DNA from: Candidatus Woykebacteria bacterium
Lineage (GTDB): Bacteria; Patescibacteriota; Microgenomatia; Woykebacterales; RBG-16-39-9b
Length of the DNA stretch: 64,000 nucleotides
NCBI GenBank assembly: GCA_040876345.1
Contig: JBBDPM010000006.1
Span: 70,803-134,802, forward strand
Reading direction: 5' to 3'
In this document: piece by piece, positions 10,071-20,306 of the stretch
Numbering within the stretch: position 1 is the stretch's first letter
How the letters are laid out: each line of letters begins with the position of its first letter
Notes under the pieces: generated by a model
The model's input: the letters and a program-made list of their open reading frames with translations, nothing else
The model's database searches: none
Told to the model about the DNA's origin: nothing
Translations under genes and position numbers: made by a program

Positions 10071-10318
10071 ATGGGCGCCACATGAGAAAGTTTAAAATCA
10101 GGAAAGTAAAAACCACAAAAATCTTCACTAGGCCACCTGAGCAAGATCGAGTTCAATTTTTAACTAACCTTACTTACGACCTTGGGCGCTATTCCACAGC
10201 AGAAATGCCGGAAATTGAGACAATTAAAGCCTGGGCGGACAAAGAGCTTAAGAAAAGCTTTACCAGATCTAAAGTCCAAAATCTCTTTTCACCACAGTCA
10301 AAATCCACGGTACATTGA
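10071..10318 (+). CDS. Hypothetical basic protein
   Basis: Fills gap between genes; TTGACA upstream; start 10071 or 10082 region uncertain. Confidence 0.4.
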
Positions 10319-10353
10319 CGAGACTTACCTCGTACAAGTAAAATACATTTAGT

Positions 10354-10632
10354 ATGGACGATCCAAAAACTCTCGATGATGGCTCCGTCAAAGAGGGGAT
10401 TGATAAAGAAATCGCTAAAGGAGAAAAGTACACCCAGACTTCACCAGAACTTTCGGCAGGGGATATTGACGCTAGTTGGGAAGACGCCGAAACTGAAGGC
10501 TCAGAACTTCCCGGTGGCGGAAACGAAACACCAGATGAAAGTAATGTTGATGAAATTGGAAAAGCCTTGGGTGAATCTTACGAAGAAAGTGAACCCCTTG
10601 ACCCTACTAAAAAAGAGCGCCAAGCCGATTAA
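10354..10632 (+). CDS. Acidic DUF6335-like protein
   Basis: SPELSAGDIDASWEDA..GGGNETPDESNVDEIGKALG pattern. Confidence 0.65.
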   Translation: MDDPKTLDDGSVKEGIDKEIAKGEKYTQTSPELSAGDIDASWEDAETEGSELPGGGNETPDESNVDEIGKALGESYEESEPLDPTKKERQAD

Positions 10633-10697
10633 AACCCCCTAGTTGCCAAAAATTCCCAAAAAGAGTATGATGAGAAGTCCCTTCCCAAATTTACTCT

Positions 10698-11774
10698 ATG
10701 AGAATTGCACAACTAGCTCCTTTAATAGAACGGGTACCGCCTAAAAGATACGGTGGTACTGAACGAATCGTCCATTATCTGACCGAAGAATTAGTAAAAA
10801 GAGGTCATAGTGTAACCCTTTTTGCTTCTGGAGACTCTGAAACTAAGGCCAAGCTAGTGTCCTCAGCATCCCATTCCCTTAGGTCAATGTACACTTCTGA
10901 AGAAGCGGCCTTCACCATGCTAAACGTCGCCAAGGTATACAAGAGGGGAGAGGAATTTGACATAATCCACAATCATTCTGACTATTACGCTTTTCCAGCA
11001 GCCTACTCTTCCCAAACCCCAACGGTAACAACTTTCCACGGCGCTTTTACTCTGGAAAACAAAAACATCTACGATGAGTATAAAGACCTAAATTTTGTCT
11101 CCATTTCAAATTCCCAGAGAAAAGGACAACCATCATTAAACTGGCGCTCAACAATTTATCACGGTATTCCAGTCGAAAAATTTCCATTCAAAGAAAATCA
11201 TAAAGACTATCTTTTATTTGTCGGCCGAATATCCCTTGAAAAGGGGACTCACATCGCTATGGATATTGCCATGTCATTAGATAAAGAACTCATTATGGCC
11301 GCTAAGCTAGACAAATATGACGTCGACTACTTTAATAAATACGTTGCTCCCCGTCTTAGTAACGGAAAGATTCGCTGGGTTGGAGAAGTCGATGATAAAG
11401 AAAGGAATAAGTTGATGGCGGAAGCTTCCTGCCTCTTGCACCCGGTCACTTGGAGTGAGCCTTTTGGCCTGGGCATGATCGAAGCTATGGCGACCGGCTG
11501 CCCAGTAATCGCCTTCAACAAAGGCTCAATCCCCGAAATAATAATTGATAAGAAAACTGGCTTTATTGTAAAAGAAGAAAAGGAAATGATGAAAGCGATA
11601 GAAAAGATCGGCTCTATCTCAAGAAAAAGGTGCCGCGCCCACGTCGAAAAGAATTTTAATTTAAAAGGAATGGTAGATTCTTACGAAAAATTGTATTATG
11701 AAATTATAAATGGGGGACCAAACAAGCGAGAACCAAAATCAACCGCAAAAGAGCGAACTAGAATCCCTGTATAA
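10698..11774 (+). CDS. Glycosyltransferase family 4
   Basis: VPPKRYGGTER, GRISLEKG, EPFGLGMIEAMATG. Confidence 0.92.
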   Translation: MRIAQLAPLIERVPPKRYGGTERIVHYLTEELVKRGHSVTLFASGDSETKAKLVSSASHSLRSMYTSEEAAFTMLNVAKVYKRGEEFDIIHNHSDYYAFPAAYSSQTPTVTTFHGAFTLENKNIYDEYKDLNFVSISNSQRKGQPSLNWRSTIYHGIPVEKFPFKENHKDYLLFVGRISLEKGTHIAMDIAMSLDKELIMAAKLDKYDVDYFNKYVAPRLSNGKIRWVGEVDDKERNKLMAEASCLLHPVTWSEPFGLGMIEAMATGCPVIAFNKGSIPEIIIDKKTGFIVKEEKEMMKAIEKIGSISRKRCRAHVEKNFNLKGMVDSYEKLYYEIINGGPNKREPKSTAKERTRIPV

Positions 11775-13023
11775 CCTTGCCCATAAGGCAATCCTCGAAC
11801 TCGAAACTCCTTACGGAATCAATGCTTCAGGAAAAGAAGATCGATTTTCCGCTTTCTTTGGCAGAGACTCAATGATAACCTCCTTGAAACTCTTGAGAGT
11901 CTACAAGCGAAACAGAGATAAAGCTTTCTTCAGAATAATTACTAAATGTATCGAAACGGCGGTAAAACTCCAAGGAAAAAGAGTCAACCCCTTGTCTGGC
12001 GAAGAAACTGGAAAAATAATCCACGAATACAGAAAGAGCGGTTATGAGCATTTAGTAAGCCACCGAAATCCTTGGTACTTATACCCTGATAAAACCCTGC
12101 GAAATTACGACTCCATAGACTCAACCCCACTTTTTTTAATTCTGGTCGGTGAATTTTATAAATACACCAAAGATCAAGAATTCTTACAACAAATTCTACC
12201 AAGCGTTGGTGATGCATTTTTCTGGATTAATAACTACGGACATAAGAGGAGAGACGGTCTATTTTTAGAGTACCTACTGCAAAGATCAGACTCTTACGGA
12301 GGTTTGGTGAACCAGGGCTGGATGGATAGCCCCGACTCAATATTGATAAGCGGGGAGTCTCCAAAAGAACCAATTGCATTGGTCGAAGTGCAAGGCTACT
12401 ACTTTAAAGCCTTGAAGCTCTGGGCGTCAATTTACGAAAAAATCGATTCAGAAAAAAGTCGTGACTATCAGAAAAAAGCCCAAGATCTGAAAAAAACTTT
12501 TAACGAACTTTTCCTTCTTAAGACCGAGGAATTAAACTTTTTTGCCCAAGCTATTTTTGGAAGCAAGGCGCTTATTCTCGAAAGAAGGTCAAGCCCAGGG
12601 CATTGCCTGTGGGCTTCTTATGAAGAGGGTGGTAAATTTGAATCCATAATCGATGATAAATTTATACCCGACGTGGTAAAGAGACTTATGAGACCAGATC
12701 TTTTTTTACCTGGTGCCGGCATCCGCACTCTTACGACAAAGTCTAAATTTTTTAACCCTTTGAGCTATCATAATGGTTCTATCTGGCCCTTTGACAATGG
12801 GCTGGCCGCAGAAGGTTTTAACAACTTTGGCTTTTCTAATGAAGCAAAAAAAGTAAGAGACGCCGTGCTTTTGGCAATAAAACACTTTGGCACACCAGTC
12901 GAACTTTATTGCGCCAATTTAGATGGCGCCCTTAGTGAATACAAGGAGGAAGCTGGTCGTCACGGCACACTGGTGCAAGCTTGGACCGCCGCTACTATTC
13001 TTGATTTCACAACGGACTATTAA
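11710..13023 (+). CDS. Amylo-alpha-1,6-glucosidase/debranching-like glycoside hydrolase
   Basis: FGRDS, DSTPLF, NQGWMDS, YHNGSIWPFDN, QAWTA. Confidence 0.85.
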   Translation: MGDQTSENQNQPQKSELESLYNLAHKAILELETPYGINASGKEDRFSAFFGRDSMITSLKLLRVYKRNRDKAFFRIITKCIETAVKLQGKRVNPLSGEETGKIIHEYRKSGYEHLVSHRNPWYLYPDKTLRNYDSIDSTPLFLILVGEFYKYTKDQEFLQQILPSVGDAFFWINNYGHKRRDGLFLEYLLQRSDSYGGLVNQGWMDSPDSILISGESPKEPIALVEVQGYYFKALKLWASIYEKIDSEKSRDYQKKAQDLKKTFNELFLLKTEELNFFAQAIFGSKALILERRSSPGHCLWASYEEGGKFESIIDDKFIPDVVKRLMRPDLFLPGAGIRTLTTKSKFFNPLSYHNGSIWPFDNGLAAEGFNNFGFSNEAKKVRDAVLLAIKHFGTPVELYCANLDGALSEYKEEAGRHGTLVQAWTAATILDFTTDY

Positions 13024-13045
13024 ACCTCTCTGCTATAATGAAGTG

Positions 13046-13774
13046 ATGATTTATCAAGATAAAGACTTGCCAAAAGGCAGCAGCCATAATCCTTTTATTT
13101 ACACCAACTTTGTGACAACGGTCGATGGAAAGGTGCAAGTATTAGAAAACTGGCGCTCATATTGGCCAATCGGTAGTAAGACTGACTACCAAACCCTACT
13201 GGAACTGCGCTCCTTTTCCGATTGTCTGATCCACGGCTCTTCAACTGCCAAAACTTTCAATTTTTCCAAAACTATAAATACGCAGAGTTTAAGAGACTTA
13301 AGAAAAAAACTTGGAAAAAAAGAAACTCTGCCTTACGTGGTTCTTTCAAATAATCCAGATAAAATCTTAGTTGAGAGTTTAAAGTCCAGAAACCAAGAAA
13401 AAACTTACCTAGTAACAAATAACAAAGCGGTCGTAAAAGAAGAAGTAAAGAGCGATGTTAATCTTGTCAGGGCAGGTAAGGAAAAAATAGACCTAAAAGA
13501 TCTAGTATTGTTTTTGGCAAAAAATCTCGGAGCAAAAAGAATTTTGGTGGAGGGTGGACCAAGTGTTTTAGGATCTTTCCTCTCGCAAGATCTGATCGAT
13601 GAAGTCTTTATAACAATCACTCCAAAAATCTTTGGTAACTTTCCCGGCAAAGCATTAACCATGGTAGAAGGTACTCTTTTCCCAGCAGATAAAGTCAAAC
13701 ACCTAAAGTTAATCTCGGCAAAATCAAAAAATGATGAAGTGTTCTTACGTTACCAAATAGTAAAATCCAAATGA
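13046..13774 (+). CDS. RibD C-terminal-like reductase
   Basis: NFVTTVDGK, LVEGGPSVLG, DEVFITITPKIFG; start set just after extended -10 TGcTATAAT. Confidence 0.85.
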   Translation: MIYQDKDLPKGSSHNPFIYTNFVTTVDGKVQVLENWRSYWPIGSKTDYQTLLELRSFSDCLIHGSSTAKTFNFSKTINTQSLRDLRKKLGKKETLPYVVLSNNPDKILVESLKSRNQEKTYLVTNNKAVVKEEVKSDVNLVRAGKEKIDLKDLVLFLAKNLGAKRILVEGGPSVLGSFLSQDLIDEVFITITPKIFGNFPGKALTMVEGTLFPADKVKHLKLISAKSKNDEVFLRYQIVKSK

Positions 13775-14358
13775 AAGATATCTATTTGGTACGGCACGGA
13801 GAGGCGGCAGATGACGTTGAGGGGCTTTTTGGAGGAGCCGCCGATCATGAACCGACGGAAAAGGGTTTGAGAGATGCCGAAAAGTTTGCTATGAACTTCA
13901 AAAACAAAGAAATTGATATTGTAATTACAAGTCCATATAGAAGAGCCAAGGACCCAGCTAAAACTGTTGCCAAAAAACTCAATGTTCCCGTAGTTGAAAT
14001 AGAGGATCTTCGCGAGAGAAATCATTACGGTATCTTAACTGGAATGAGTCATGAGGGGGCAGCAAAAAAGCACCCGGACCTAGTTGAGGCGGTGAGAAAG
14101 CCAGCTTCCGAAATTGAAGGAGCGGAGCCAAATAAAGATTTTCGAAAAAGAGTGCCAGAAGCAATTGAAAAAATCTGGGAACGACCCGAGAAAAAGGCCT
14201 TAGTTTTTACCCACCTTGGCGTAATATTAGCAGCGCTAGATCTTCATTATGGCGACCTGGAAGTTGAGCATTATGGTTGGGTAAAAATTCAAAAAGAGAA
14301 CAAGGAGTGGAAGACACTAGAAAGCGAAAAAGTAATATTTAACAAGCAGGAGGTGTAG
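13771..14358 (+). CDS. Histidine phosphatase family protein
   Basis: LVRHGE, SPYRRA, LRE, FTH. Confidence 0.9.
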   Translation: MKDIYLVRHGEAADDVEGLFGGAADHEPTEKGLRDAEKFAMNFKNKEIDIVITSPYRRAKDPAKTVAKKLNVPVVEIEDLRERNHYGILTGMSHEGAAKKHPDLVEAVRKPASEIEGAEPNKDFRKRVPEAIEKIWERPEKKALVFTHLGVILAALDLHYGDLEVEHYGWVKIQKENKEWKTLESEKVIFNKQEV

Positions 14359-14360
14359 AG

Positions 14361-15233
14361 ATGCATATTCACGATCTTGATGTAAGTAAATGCCAAAAAG
14401 AAAAAATTGGAGTTTCCTACAGCGGTGGCGCAAATAGGGGGATCGTCCACCTCGGAATCGCTAAAGCCTTCATTCATCTTGGTATCAAGCCAGGCTTTAT
14501 CGTTGGAGTTTCTTCCGGCAGCATTGCCGCGGCGATTCACGCTTTTAATCCCGATAATTTTGACACAATAAGCCTGACAACAAGCATTATAAAAAAGCTT
14601 AAACGAGCCGACTTCGGCCTTTCCATTCCTCAAATTGTTATCCGAGTCTTAAAGGAGCGCCTTAACCTCCAATCCCTTGGCGACTTATCCGGCTTTAAAA
14701 AAATCGTTGCTGAAAATATTCCCTTTAAAAGCTTCGCGGAAGCAAAAGTCCCTTTTGCAATTGAGGCCGCTAATAGATTAAACAGTCAGCAAACTTGGTT
14801 TGAAGAAGGTCCGGTGATAGAGGCAATGATTGCTTCAAGCTCTTTACCCGTTGCTTTTCCACCTTACAAAATAAACTCCGAACTTTATGTTGATGGTGGG
14901 GTCACCGATGGTCTACCCCTTTTCAAACTAGCCGAAGAAGGCTGCGGGACAATTGTTGCTATTAACTTAGGCTACGCTGGTGAAACCAGAGAGCCACCAA
15001 AAAACCTACTTGAAAACCTTTTTGGCAGTATTGATATAGCCCTTTATCAATCTGATCGCTACGAAGTGGCTCTGGTAAAAGCTCTGTATCCAGATTTAAA
15101 CATAATTGAGGTTCGTCCCGAAGTTGCCTTTGATCTTCCGCCTTTTTCCTTTACTCCAGAAAAAATCGATCCTCTGGTGCAAGAAGCATTTGAAAAAAGT
15201 GTTGAGATTCTCAAGCCCCAATTTAAACTTTAA
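14361..15233 (+). CDS. Patatin-like phospholipase (paralog of 4957-5820)
   Basis: SGGANRG, GVSSG, DGG. Confidence 0.92.
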   Translation: MHIHDLDVSKCQKEKIGVSYSGGANRGIVHLGIAKAFIHLGIKPGFIVGVSSGSIAAAIHAFNPDNFDTISLTTSIIKKLKRADFGLSIPQIVIRVLKERLNLQSLGDLSGFKKIVAENIPFKSFAEAKVPFAIEAANRLNSQQTWFEEGPVIEAMIASSSLPVAFPPYKINSELYVDGGVTDGLPLFKLAEEGCGTIVAINLGYAGETREPPKNLLENLFGSIDIALYQSDRYEVALVKALYPDLNIIEVRPEVAFDLPPFSFTPEKIDPLVQEAFEKSVEILKPQFKL

Positions 15234-15247
15234 ACAAAGTGTACCGC

Positions 15248-15281
15248 CAGACGGGCGCAACTTGTGATCACGCCCGTCTGA
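15248..15281. terminator. Hairpin between convergent genes
   Basis: CAGACGGGCG..CGCCCGTCTG inverted repeat. Confidence 0.65.
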
Positions 15282-15283
15282 AA

Positions 15284-15682
15284 TTAAGCGAAGACACCTT
15301 GTCTTAGCTTGCTAAGCACTATACTCATTAGAAAAACCGCCAATGCCCCCACGACAGCCCCAGCTGCGTCGAACAAGAGATCGGAAACCTCAGCCCCATG
15401 CTCAGGCATCCAAATCTGTAAGACCTCAACCAGGAACCAGAAGATGGATGATACCGCCAACGCGAACAGCGCTAGAAGCCGGTGATCAGGGGTGGCCTCA
15501 AGCCTTCGCATAAATGAAAGTCCGATCACAACCGCCAGTCCAGATGAACCAGCCAAGTGACCCAGCGGAGAGAACTTTCGATCGAGAAAACCCAGCGACA
15601 GAGGCGCTATGGATAAAACGATAAGAATGCCCACTCCTATCACCGCCGCCCAGAAAAGGTTGCCCGCAATTTTCTCTCTCAT
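15284..15682 (-). CDS. VanZ-like membrane protein
   Basis: H..LA, EVLQIWMP.H..EVSDLLFDAAG; SD GGGAGG. Confidence 0.75.
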   Translation of the reverse strand: MREKIAGNLFWAAVIGVGILIVLSIAPLSLGFLDRKFSPLGHLAGSSGLAVVIGLSFMRRLEATPDHRLLALFALAVSSIFWFLVEVLQIWMPEHGAEVSDLLFDAAGAVVGALAVFLMSIVLSKLRQGVFA

Positions 15683-15911
15683 AACGATCCCTCCCATCGA
15701 CTCCTTAGACGATCTTTGTACTTCCGGGTTTGTTAGTTTATACCAAAAAAGCACCGATCAAGCAAGACAAATCAGGGAACTTTTTCCCTGCAAAGATTTA
15801 TACAGTTTTACTTTAAAACTAAAACCTCGCCGGCACATTACATTGTTTGATAGGTGTATAATCTTCTCGCAAGTCGCTACTACCTACCATAATCACGAAA
15901 GGAGATCCGAG

Positions 15912-16781
15912 GTGAAGGTAGAGAGAGTCCAAACAGCACACTGGCTACTTCTGAGCTGGGCTCTTCCAGCCATGCTTGTAGCAGCCTTCGGCCTTTTTGC
16001 GCCCGACACCAAAACAAACAGACCGGGTTCTGGTGCCAACCACGAGGCACTGGGCACAGCCACATACCAACTCAAGCAAGGTCAATCCCTGTGGTCGGTA
16101 GCTACATTCCTGCTTGAGATGGAAGGGGTGAGGAACCCCCAAGAAAAGGGCCAGCTAGTCACGAATGACTATGTAAACGGGGTGACTGACGCCGTGCGCA
16201 GAATCGTAATTGAGAGTCAAAGGCGAGGGTTTCTACCCCTTGGATTTGACCCTTGGGGTCCGAGCCGCTTTACACTTCCGGTCGGTCAACATCTAGCTAT
16301 CACGATTGGTGGTACCCAAAAGGCGGATTCTGGGGAAAAACCCAAGCCAACAGCGTCGTTTATCTGCCCAACGCGTTCCATGAACAGCCTGGCGCAGGAG
16401 CTCTTCAACGCTGCTAACAATGAGCGGATGCAGCAAGACCTACCGGAACTAGCTGTGAGTGATTGTGCTACCTACGTGGCCCAAATCCGCTCGGAAGATC
16501 TGGCCGCGAACAGCTACTTCTCGCACACTAGCCCAAAGGGGGAGACGGCGTTTTCGCTGATGGATCACTACAACGTTCCCTACGGCTGGGCAGGCGAGAA
16601 TCTGGCCCGCAACAACTACCCCTCTAACAAGGCAGCGGCTGTGGCAATTAGCGATCTGATGAAGAGCCCAGGACACCGCGCCAACATCCTCAGTACCACC
16701 TACACGAGCATGGGGGTAGGGTACGCGGCAGGGAGAAACGGCATGCGCTACTTCACGATGGTTCTCATCGGACCCCCCTGA
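15912..16781 (+). CDS. Exported CAP/SCP-domain protein with LysM-like segment
   Basis: TM; YQLKQGQSLWSVA; YFSHTSP..GENLA..MKSPGHRANIL..GVG; GTG start after GAAAGGAG. Confidence 0.85.
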   Translation: MKVERVQTAHWLLLSWALPAMLVAAFGLFAPDTKTNRPGSGANHEALGTATYQLKQGQSLWSVATFLLEMEGVRNPQEKGQLVTNDYVNGVTDAVRRIVIESQRRGFLPLGFDPWGPSRFTLPVGQHLAITIGGTQKADSGEKPKPTASFICPTRSMNSLAQELFNAANNERMQQDLPELAVSDCATYVAQIRSEDLAANSYFSHTSPKGETAFSLMDHYNVPYGWAGENLARNNYPSNKAAAVAISDLMKSPGHRANILSTTYTSMGVGYAAGRNGMRYFTMVLIGPP

Positions 16782-16799
16782 CGAAAGGAGAAAACCAAA

Positions 16800-16836
16800 G
16801 GGCGTCACCCAAAGTACCCACCTTGAGTGACGCCTC
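16800..16836 (+). terminator. Hairpin after CAP gene
   Basis: GGCGTCAC..GTGACGCC inverted repeat. Confidence 0.5.
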
Positions 16837-16877
16837 CGAACTTGATCGCTAAATCTTTCAATGTTAAGATATTCAAG

Positions 16878-17210
16878 ATGATTTCTTATAATGATTTTGA
16901 AAAAGTAGATATTCGCCTTGGCAAAATAGTCAAAGCGGAAGATTTTCCAGAGGCCAGAAAGCCTTCGTACAAACTAACCATAGACTTTGGTCCTGAAATT
17001 GGTATCAAGAAGTCTAGTGCCAGGATAGTAGACCTCTACGATAAGAAAAATCTTGAGGGAAGCTACATATTAGGAGTAGTCAACATTCCACCCAAACAAA
17101 TCGGTCCCTTTGTTTCTGAGTGCCTTACTTTGGGAATCCCCAACAAGGAGGGTGGTGTAGTTTTGGTGCGGCCGGACAAAGAAGCAAAACTTGGCAGTAA
17201 ACTTTTTTAG
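16878..17210 (+). CDS. csaA: tRNA-binding/chaperone protein CsaA
   Basis: DFEKVDIRLG, FPEARKP, DFGPEIG.KKSSA, PKQIGPFVSE. Confidence 0.92.
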   Translation: MISYNDFEKVDIRLGKIVKAEDFPEARKPSYKLTIDFGPEIGIKKSSARIVDLYDKKNLEGSYILGVVNIPPKQIGPFVSECLTLGIPNKEGGVVLVRPDKEAKLGSKLF

Positions 17211-17215
17211 CTGCC

Positions 17216-17380
17216 TCAAGGTGATTTTTCTTGGGTAGTGGCACTTGGAGAAGAAATTGTCTCACCTGACCCCGTATTTACTGTTGGAGCAATAGTTTGT
17301 CTTTTTCCCATCATTAAATAGAAAACCGAAGATAGTAGAATCAATACCAAAACAACGATACCAAAAGTAACTTTGCTCAT
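17216..17380 (-). CDS. Small single-TM protein
   Basis: MSKVTFGIVVLVLILL.. plus S/T-rich tail. Confidence 0.5.
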   Translation of the reverse strand: MSKVTFGIVVLVLILLSSVFYLMMGKRQTIAPTVNTGSGETISSPSATTQEKSP

Positions 17381-17462
17381 TATTTCTAGTTTAGTCTTTT
17401 GCACTATTGTTGTCAAAAAGCCAAGTTTGGCCAAGATAAACAAAAAGTGCTATCATTAACTT

Positions 17463-17966
17463 ATGAAGTTCAGAGAAGTCACTTGGTACTCCAAACTACT
17501 GGCCTTAGCTTTATTTGTGGCTTTGCCATTTATGGGTTTCTGCGCGGGGATGAAATATCAAGAGGGTCTATATACTGGGCCAACAAACAATAATATAGCA
17601 ATCCCAGACCTACCTAAAAAAGATGCTTCGGATTCCTCAAAACCAAAAGACGACTCTAACACTGATAGCCGAACCCAAGTAAAGAAAATTAACAACGATA
17701 AATTATCTATATCAGTTATTCTAGACGATGGAAAACTCACCTACACTGGAACCGTGAAGGTGCCAACACCCTGTCACAGCGTAAAGCACGATGCCTTGGT
17801 GGCCGAATCCTACCCAGAACAAGTGCAGATTAAACTAACAACCCTTAACCCTGACCCAACCCAAGTCTGCGCCCAAGTGGTCGCCAACAAAAAATTCTCA
17901 GGTGAAGTTCAAGTTTCCTCCAAAGCAACTATTTCAATCTACCTAGATGGCAATAAGATTGATTAA
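17463..17966 (+). CDS. Hypothetical membrane-anchored protein
   Basis: VTWYSKLLAL TM; PTPC..ESYPEQV..CAQV domain. Confidence 0.7.
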   Translation: MKFREVTWYSKLLALALFVALPFMGFCAGMKYQEGLYTGPTNNNIAIPDLPKKDASDSSKPKDDSNTDSRTQVKKINNDKLSISVILDDGKLTYTGTVKVPTPCHSVKHDALVAESYPEQVQIKLTTLNPDPTQVCAQVVANKKFSGEVQVSSKATISIYLDGNKID

Positions 17967-18589
17967 TGAAGACACTTCTTTTAACTTCCCAGGGTTTAAA
18001 CGTTAAAGATGAGATTTTGAAAATCTTACCTAAGCCTCCAAGAGAGCTAAGGGTTGCTCACATAACGACAGCTTCAAAGGATGAGAAAGACAAAAGTTAT
18101 GTCAACCGAGACACCAAGGAATTGGAAAGTCTCGGATTTGCGGTTAAAGAAATAAACATTGCCAATCTAGACGAAAAAAGACTAAGAGAAATACTTTCCA
18201 ACAAAGATATTATTTATGTCCAAGGTGGTAATACTTTTTACCTGTTAAAATGCACAAAAGAATCGGGTTTTGATAAGGTTGTAAAAGAGTTAATTGGAAA
18301 AGGAATAATTTATATTGGGAAAAGCGCCGGAAGTTATATTGCCTGCCCAACGATTGAGCAATCCAGCTGGACTCATGATCACAATATTTATGGACTGACT
18401 GATCTAACCGCTCTTTCATTAGTCCCCTTTGGACTATATGTTCATTATGTGCCCGCGGATAAAGCGATCCTGAAAGAGAAAATTTCTGAATTCAAATACC
18501 CACTTAAAATTCTTACCGACGATCAGGCCATTTTAGTAAAGGAAGACACTTATGAGCTAGTTGGAAAAGGTCCTGAAGTAAAACTCTAA
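17966..18589 (+). CDS. Peptidase S51 (dipeptidase E-like)
   Basis: GGNTFYLL, GKSAGS, VHY. Confidence 0.88.
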   Translation: MKTLLLTSQGLNVKDEILKILPKPPRELRVAHITTASKDEKDKSYVNRDTKELESLGFAVKEINIANLDEKRLREILSNKDIIYVQGGNTFYLLKCTKESGFDKVVKELIGKGIIYIGKSAGSYIACPTIEQSSWTHDHNIYGLTDLTALSLVPFGLYVHYVPADKAILKEKISEFKYPLKILTDDQAILVKEDTYELVGKGPEVKL

Positions 18590-19122
18590 CCTAACCTCTT
18601 ATACATATGAACTTCGTCTAGCATTCCACCCCGGTATTCTATTGATTCAGGCAGACGGCCAAACTCGGTGTAACCCAGTTTTTTATAAAGAGCTAGTCCT
18701 GCCTTGTTCTCTCCAAAAACAATTAGATCGACTATCTTAATATCAAGAGTCTTTTTAGCTTCTTGTTCTGCCTGGCGAATTAACTGCTCACCAACCCCTT
18801 CACCTCTAAAATCCCTATCAATACCAATGTGCAGTGTTCCCACAAAGTGCTTACGGTATTCTTTCTTGCTTATTTCTACTTGACCAACAAGCTGATTCTT
18901 AAAATAGGCTTGAATAAAAACTGAGTTTCCCTTCTTAATTTTTTCCAATATACATTTGAGCCAATTTTCTTCTTGCTCCTGGGTTACGGGGTCTCTGTCC
19001 CTGAGAATATAAGTATCATCTTCAATCAATCGATTGAAAAAACCGGTCATATTTCCAGCATCAGATTCCTGAGGAGGGCGAATAATAACCTTTTTACCTT
19101 TCTTAGTGATAAATTCTTGCAC
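18586..19122 (-). CDS. GNAT N-acetyltransferase
   Basis: FRGEGVG, N..LYKKLGY; GTG start 6 nt after TGgTATAAT. Confidence 0.88.
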   Translation of the reverse strand: MQEFITKKGKKVIIRPPQESDAGNMTGFFNRLIEDDTYILRDRDPVTQEQEENWLKCILEKIKKGNSVFIQAYFKNQLVGQVEISKKEYRKHFVGTLHIGIDRDFRGEGVGEQLIRQAEQEAKKTLDIKIVDLIVFGENKAGLALYKKLGYTEFGRLPESIEYRGGMLDEVHMYKRLG

Positions 19123-19177
19123 CTTTAGATTATACCAATATTTGCCCATCAAGCTATCAGATGTTAAAATTCATCCC

Positions 19178-19831
19178 ATGAAACCACTTAATGTGGCGTT
19201 GATACATCAAGAAAGAGGCTCAGTCGATTGTGGTCTGGCAACAGTCAATATGGTTACAAAATACTGGGAGTTACCCCTGACTTTCAATGATATTCAAAAA
19301 CATTTGAAGGTAGATAAACTTGGTATTTATTGCCCCCAAATGGGGTCGTATCTTATACAACAAGGATTTGATGTTGCCTTAGTTCATTTCAATCCAGGAC
19401 TCTTCACTTTAAATGAGGTTGGAAAGAGCGAAAAAGAAATAAAAACTCATCTGCAAAACTTACTTAAGAAAAAAAGAAAGAGGGGTGATAAAAAGGTTAT
19501 TCGTTATTTTTTGAAATTTCTAAAAGATGGCGGAAAGATGGAAGTAAAAATCCCGACTGAGGAAGATATTAGAGGGGAGCTAAATAACAATAGACCGGTG
19601 ATTGCTGTACTAACTTCAAATTTTTTAACAGCTTCCGTACCACGCTTTAATTTCCATTTTAATGTTATTACTGGAATTGATGATTAATATATCTATGCTA
19701 ACGACCCACTCTGGGATGAAAGGGGAGGGAAGCAGGAGTATAAAATCTCCGATTTTCTATTTGGAATGTATGCTTCCGGCGCCGGTGGTCTAGACAACCC
19801 TTCTCTAATTAAAATTAATAAGAAAGGATGA
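19178..19831 (+). pseudogene. Peptidase C39-like protein with in-frame TAA at 19685
   Basis: QERGSVDCGLA..HFNVITGIDD*YIYANDP; frame continues to TGA 19829-19831. Confidence 0.8.
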
Positions 19832-19853
19832 CTGCTATAATTGTATTTATAAA

Positions 19854-20306
19854 ATGACACTAAAGAAACTCGTAGAAGACTATTTAAATGAAGCTAAAAT
19901 GATGCAACTAGCCACTGTAAGCGGAGACCAACCGTGGAGTTGCACCTTATATTATGTTGCAGATGAAAGCCTTAATCTTTATTGGATTAGTATGGAAAAC
20001 ACTAGACACAGCAAGGAAATTGGGCAACATGAAAAAGTTTCTGCATCCATACCAATTAAGTTTAAAGACCTAGTTGTGGTAGGAGTCCAAGCAGAAGGAG
20101 TTGCTGAGCTTGTCAAAAACACAGAGGAAATAAAGCGTATAATGAGTCTGTATACAAACAAATTCAACCGAGGTAAGGATTGGTATAAAAACTTCATCGA
20201 TGGGAAGAATGACCATAAACTTTATCGAATGAAACCAAGATCATTTGTAATTTATGACCGTGAAAATTTTCCAGATAACCCTAGAAGGGAGTTAGAACTA
20301 GCATGA
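19854..20306 (+). CDS. Pyridoxamine 5'-phosphate oxidase-like FMN-binding protein
   Basis: MQLAT..PW..YY..LYWIS..TRHS..GVQAEG. Confidence 0.8.
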   Translation: MTLKKLVEDYLNEAKMMQLATVSGDQPWSCTLYYVADESLNLYWISMENTRHSKEIGQHEKVSASIPIKFKDLVVVGVQAEGVAELVKNTEEIKRIMSLYTNKFNRGKDWYKNFIDGKNDHKLYRMKPRSFVIYDRENFPDNPRRELELA

